Both the position numbers and the translations under genes were made by a program. A DNA stretch of 63,924 nucleotides, filler included, from Pirum gemmata (lineage: Eukaryota): assembly GCA_002812295.1 (NCBI GenBank). It is 11 parts of 11 records of this genome, joined end to end, with 100 filler letters (N's around TTAATTAATTAA, not from the genome) between each part and the next. Parts side by side here need not be neighbours in the genome. Positions count along the whole stretch, not along the records: positions 58,441 to 63,924 come from PDIN01000487.1; 10 more parts are not named here. One strand, given 5' to 3'. Positions 61,738 through 63,924 of the stretch are shown here, piece after piece. The first letter of the stretch is position 1. Each line of letters opens with the position of its first letter. The notes below the pieces were generated by a model that did not search any database, was not told where the DNA came from, and saw only the letters and a program-made list of their open reading frames with translations.

Positions 61738-63664
61738 TAGTGCTTTTCATTTATTTTGTCACTCTGAATATTTATTTGGCTGGTTATAAATTATTATAAT
61801 ATACCAAATTAAATGAAATGGATTGATATTGTATTAATTTGGTACTCTTTATTGTATATTTTATGATGACAAAACAACTGAAAAGCACGATAATATTAAT
61901 AATTATGTATTGTAGGAATATCATAAAGTTTTTTTAAAAAAATAAATAAATATATTAGAATACTTAATTAATTGTAAGCTTGAATATTTCGAACTTATTG
62001 ATTAATACATAGACTCGAAATCTCGATTTTTAAACAAAGCAGAATTCATGCACCCATTTCTTTTCCAAAAATGAAAAAAATCAGGCCTAGCTATCAGATA
62101 GCTACTACCTCTACTAGCTAGCTAGCTAGCTAGACTACCAGCTGCAGTCTACTCTAGCTATCGATAGCTAGAAGTAGGAAGACTACTAGCTAGCTAGCTG
62201 GTTGGTACCAGGTAATTATTATCATAGTTAAAAGTGCTTTTCAGTTGTTTTGTCATCATAAAATATACAATAAAGAGTACCAAATTAATACTGTATAAAT
62301 CCATTTCATTTAATTTGGTATATTTTATTATCTATTTATTCATTTAAAAACGTCAAATTAAATTTTATAACCAACCAAATAAATATTCAGAGTGACAAAA
62401 TAAATGAAAAGCACAATAATTATTTTATTGTCATTATTGATATTATATAAAAATGATATCGATATTTTTATTTATCTATTCTATCGTGCTTTTCAGTTGT
62501 TTTGTCATCATAAAATATAGAATAAAGAGTACCAAATTAATACAATATCAATCCATTTCATTAAATTTGGTATATTTTATTATCTATTTATTCATTTAAA
62601 AAAGTCAATTTAAATATCATAACCAACCAAATAAATACTTGAGGGGACTATGATAATAATCTTTTATTGTTCTTTTCATTTATTTTGTCACTCTGAATAT
62701 TTATTTGGTTGGTTATAATATTTAATTTGACGTTTTTAAATGAATAAANAAATAGATAATAAAATATACCAAATTAAATAAAATGGATTTATATTGTATT
62801 AATTTGGTACTCTTTTTTGTATATTTTATGATGACAAAATAACTGAAAAGCATGATAGTCTATAATAATTTTATCCATCATTATATTACAGGTATTAAAT
62901 TGCATAATATCACGTGCACTCTAACCCTATAGTTAGTGCTTTTCATTCATTTTGTCATTGTGAATATTTATTTGGAGGGTTATAATATTTAAATTGACAT
63001 TTTTAAATCAATATATAGATAATAAAATATACCAAAATATAGCAAATGGATTTATATTGTATTTATTTGGTACTATTTATTATATATTCCATGATGGCAA
63101 AACAACTGCAAAGGAGCACTATAAAAGAGCTGTAGGCTGGGTAGAACGGGAGGTTTATGTCAGCTTTAGTCTAGCTTTAGTCTCTAGCTAGCTAGTAGGC
63201 TTTAGTCTAGCAGCCTCTAGCTAGACTAGTCTATATAAGTAATTATGATAGGTCTATAGTCTAGCTAGGGTCTAGAGTCTAGGGTTTCAGTTGTTTTGTC
63301 TTGTTTTGTCATCATAAAATATACAATAAAGAGTACCAAATTAATACAATATAAATCCATTTTATTTAATTTGGTATATTTTAGTATCTATTTATTCATT
63401 TAAAAATGTCAATTTAAAGGTTTTAACATACCAAACAAATATTGAGAGTGACAAAATAAATGAAAAGATAATTTTTTATTATGCTTTTGTCACTCTCTGA
63501 ATTATATATATTCTATTTAGTTGGTTATAATATTTAAGTTGACATTTTTAAATGAATAATTATATTATAAAATATACCAAATTAAATTAAATGGATCTAT
63601 ATAGTATTAATTTGGTACTTTTTATTCTATATTTTATGATGACAAAACAACCTGAAAAGCACAA
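61738..63664. mobile_element. Cluster of seven family A MITEs in mixed orientation
   Basis: Copies at ~61738-61890, 62233-62416, 62484-62640, 62670-62854, 62934-63120, 63285-63468 and 63481-63664. Confidence 0.88.
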
Positions 63665-63924
63665 TAGACTACTACTAGCTAGCTAGACTAGCTAGAGGGT
63701 CTATTATCTGATAGCAATATTAGACATTTAGACTAGTTAGACTCGTCTAGCTACTCTAGCTAGTAGCTACTAGCTAGCTAGCGTCTATTTGTCAGAGTGC
63801 TATGTCATTAATTGATGACGTTTTACTGTTTTACTTTGACAAACTTTTCGGGAAATGAGAATGAATGACACGATGCTTTCACGTAATTTCCTTTCATTTG
63901 ATATACTTTTCGTCTCAATTGCGT

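Overview
This is very AT-rich eukaryotic nuclear DNA with GT-AG introns, TTAGGG arrays and poly-Asn tracts. The gene set (ZFAND4-like, UBTD-like, PPT1) is compatible with a unicellular opisthokont or similar protist, but I cannot fix the organism. The window is not a continuous locus: it is 11 segments of about 5.5-5.8 kb joined by an artificial 100-nt N-TTAATTAATTAA-N linker, so neighbourhoods across linkers mean nothing. Recognisable genes are a Ub-like/AN1 zinc-finger gene, a PPT1 with a long N-terminal extension, a UBTD1/2-like gene, and a WRN/EXD2-type 3'-5' exonuclease with an internally duplicated repeat module. There are also two secreted low-complexity proteins, an Asn/Ser-rich gene and several decayed pseudogenes. 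Intergenic DNA is dominated by at least six families of ~130-310 bp MITE-like elements, interstitial telomere-type arrays, and pervasive CTAG-rich short duplications. The most unusual items are (i) a convergent pair of intronless paralogues resembling catalytically altered giant-virus-type PD-(D/E)xK nucleases, (ii) the exonuclease architecture, and (iii) the CTAG/micro-duplication mutational signature.
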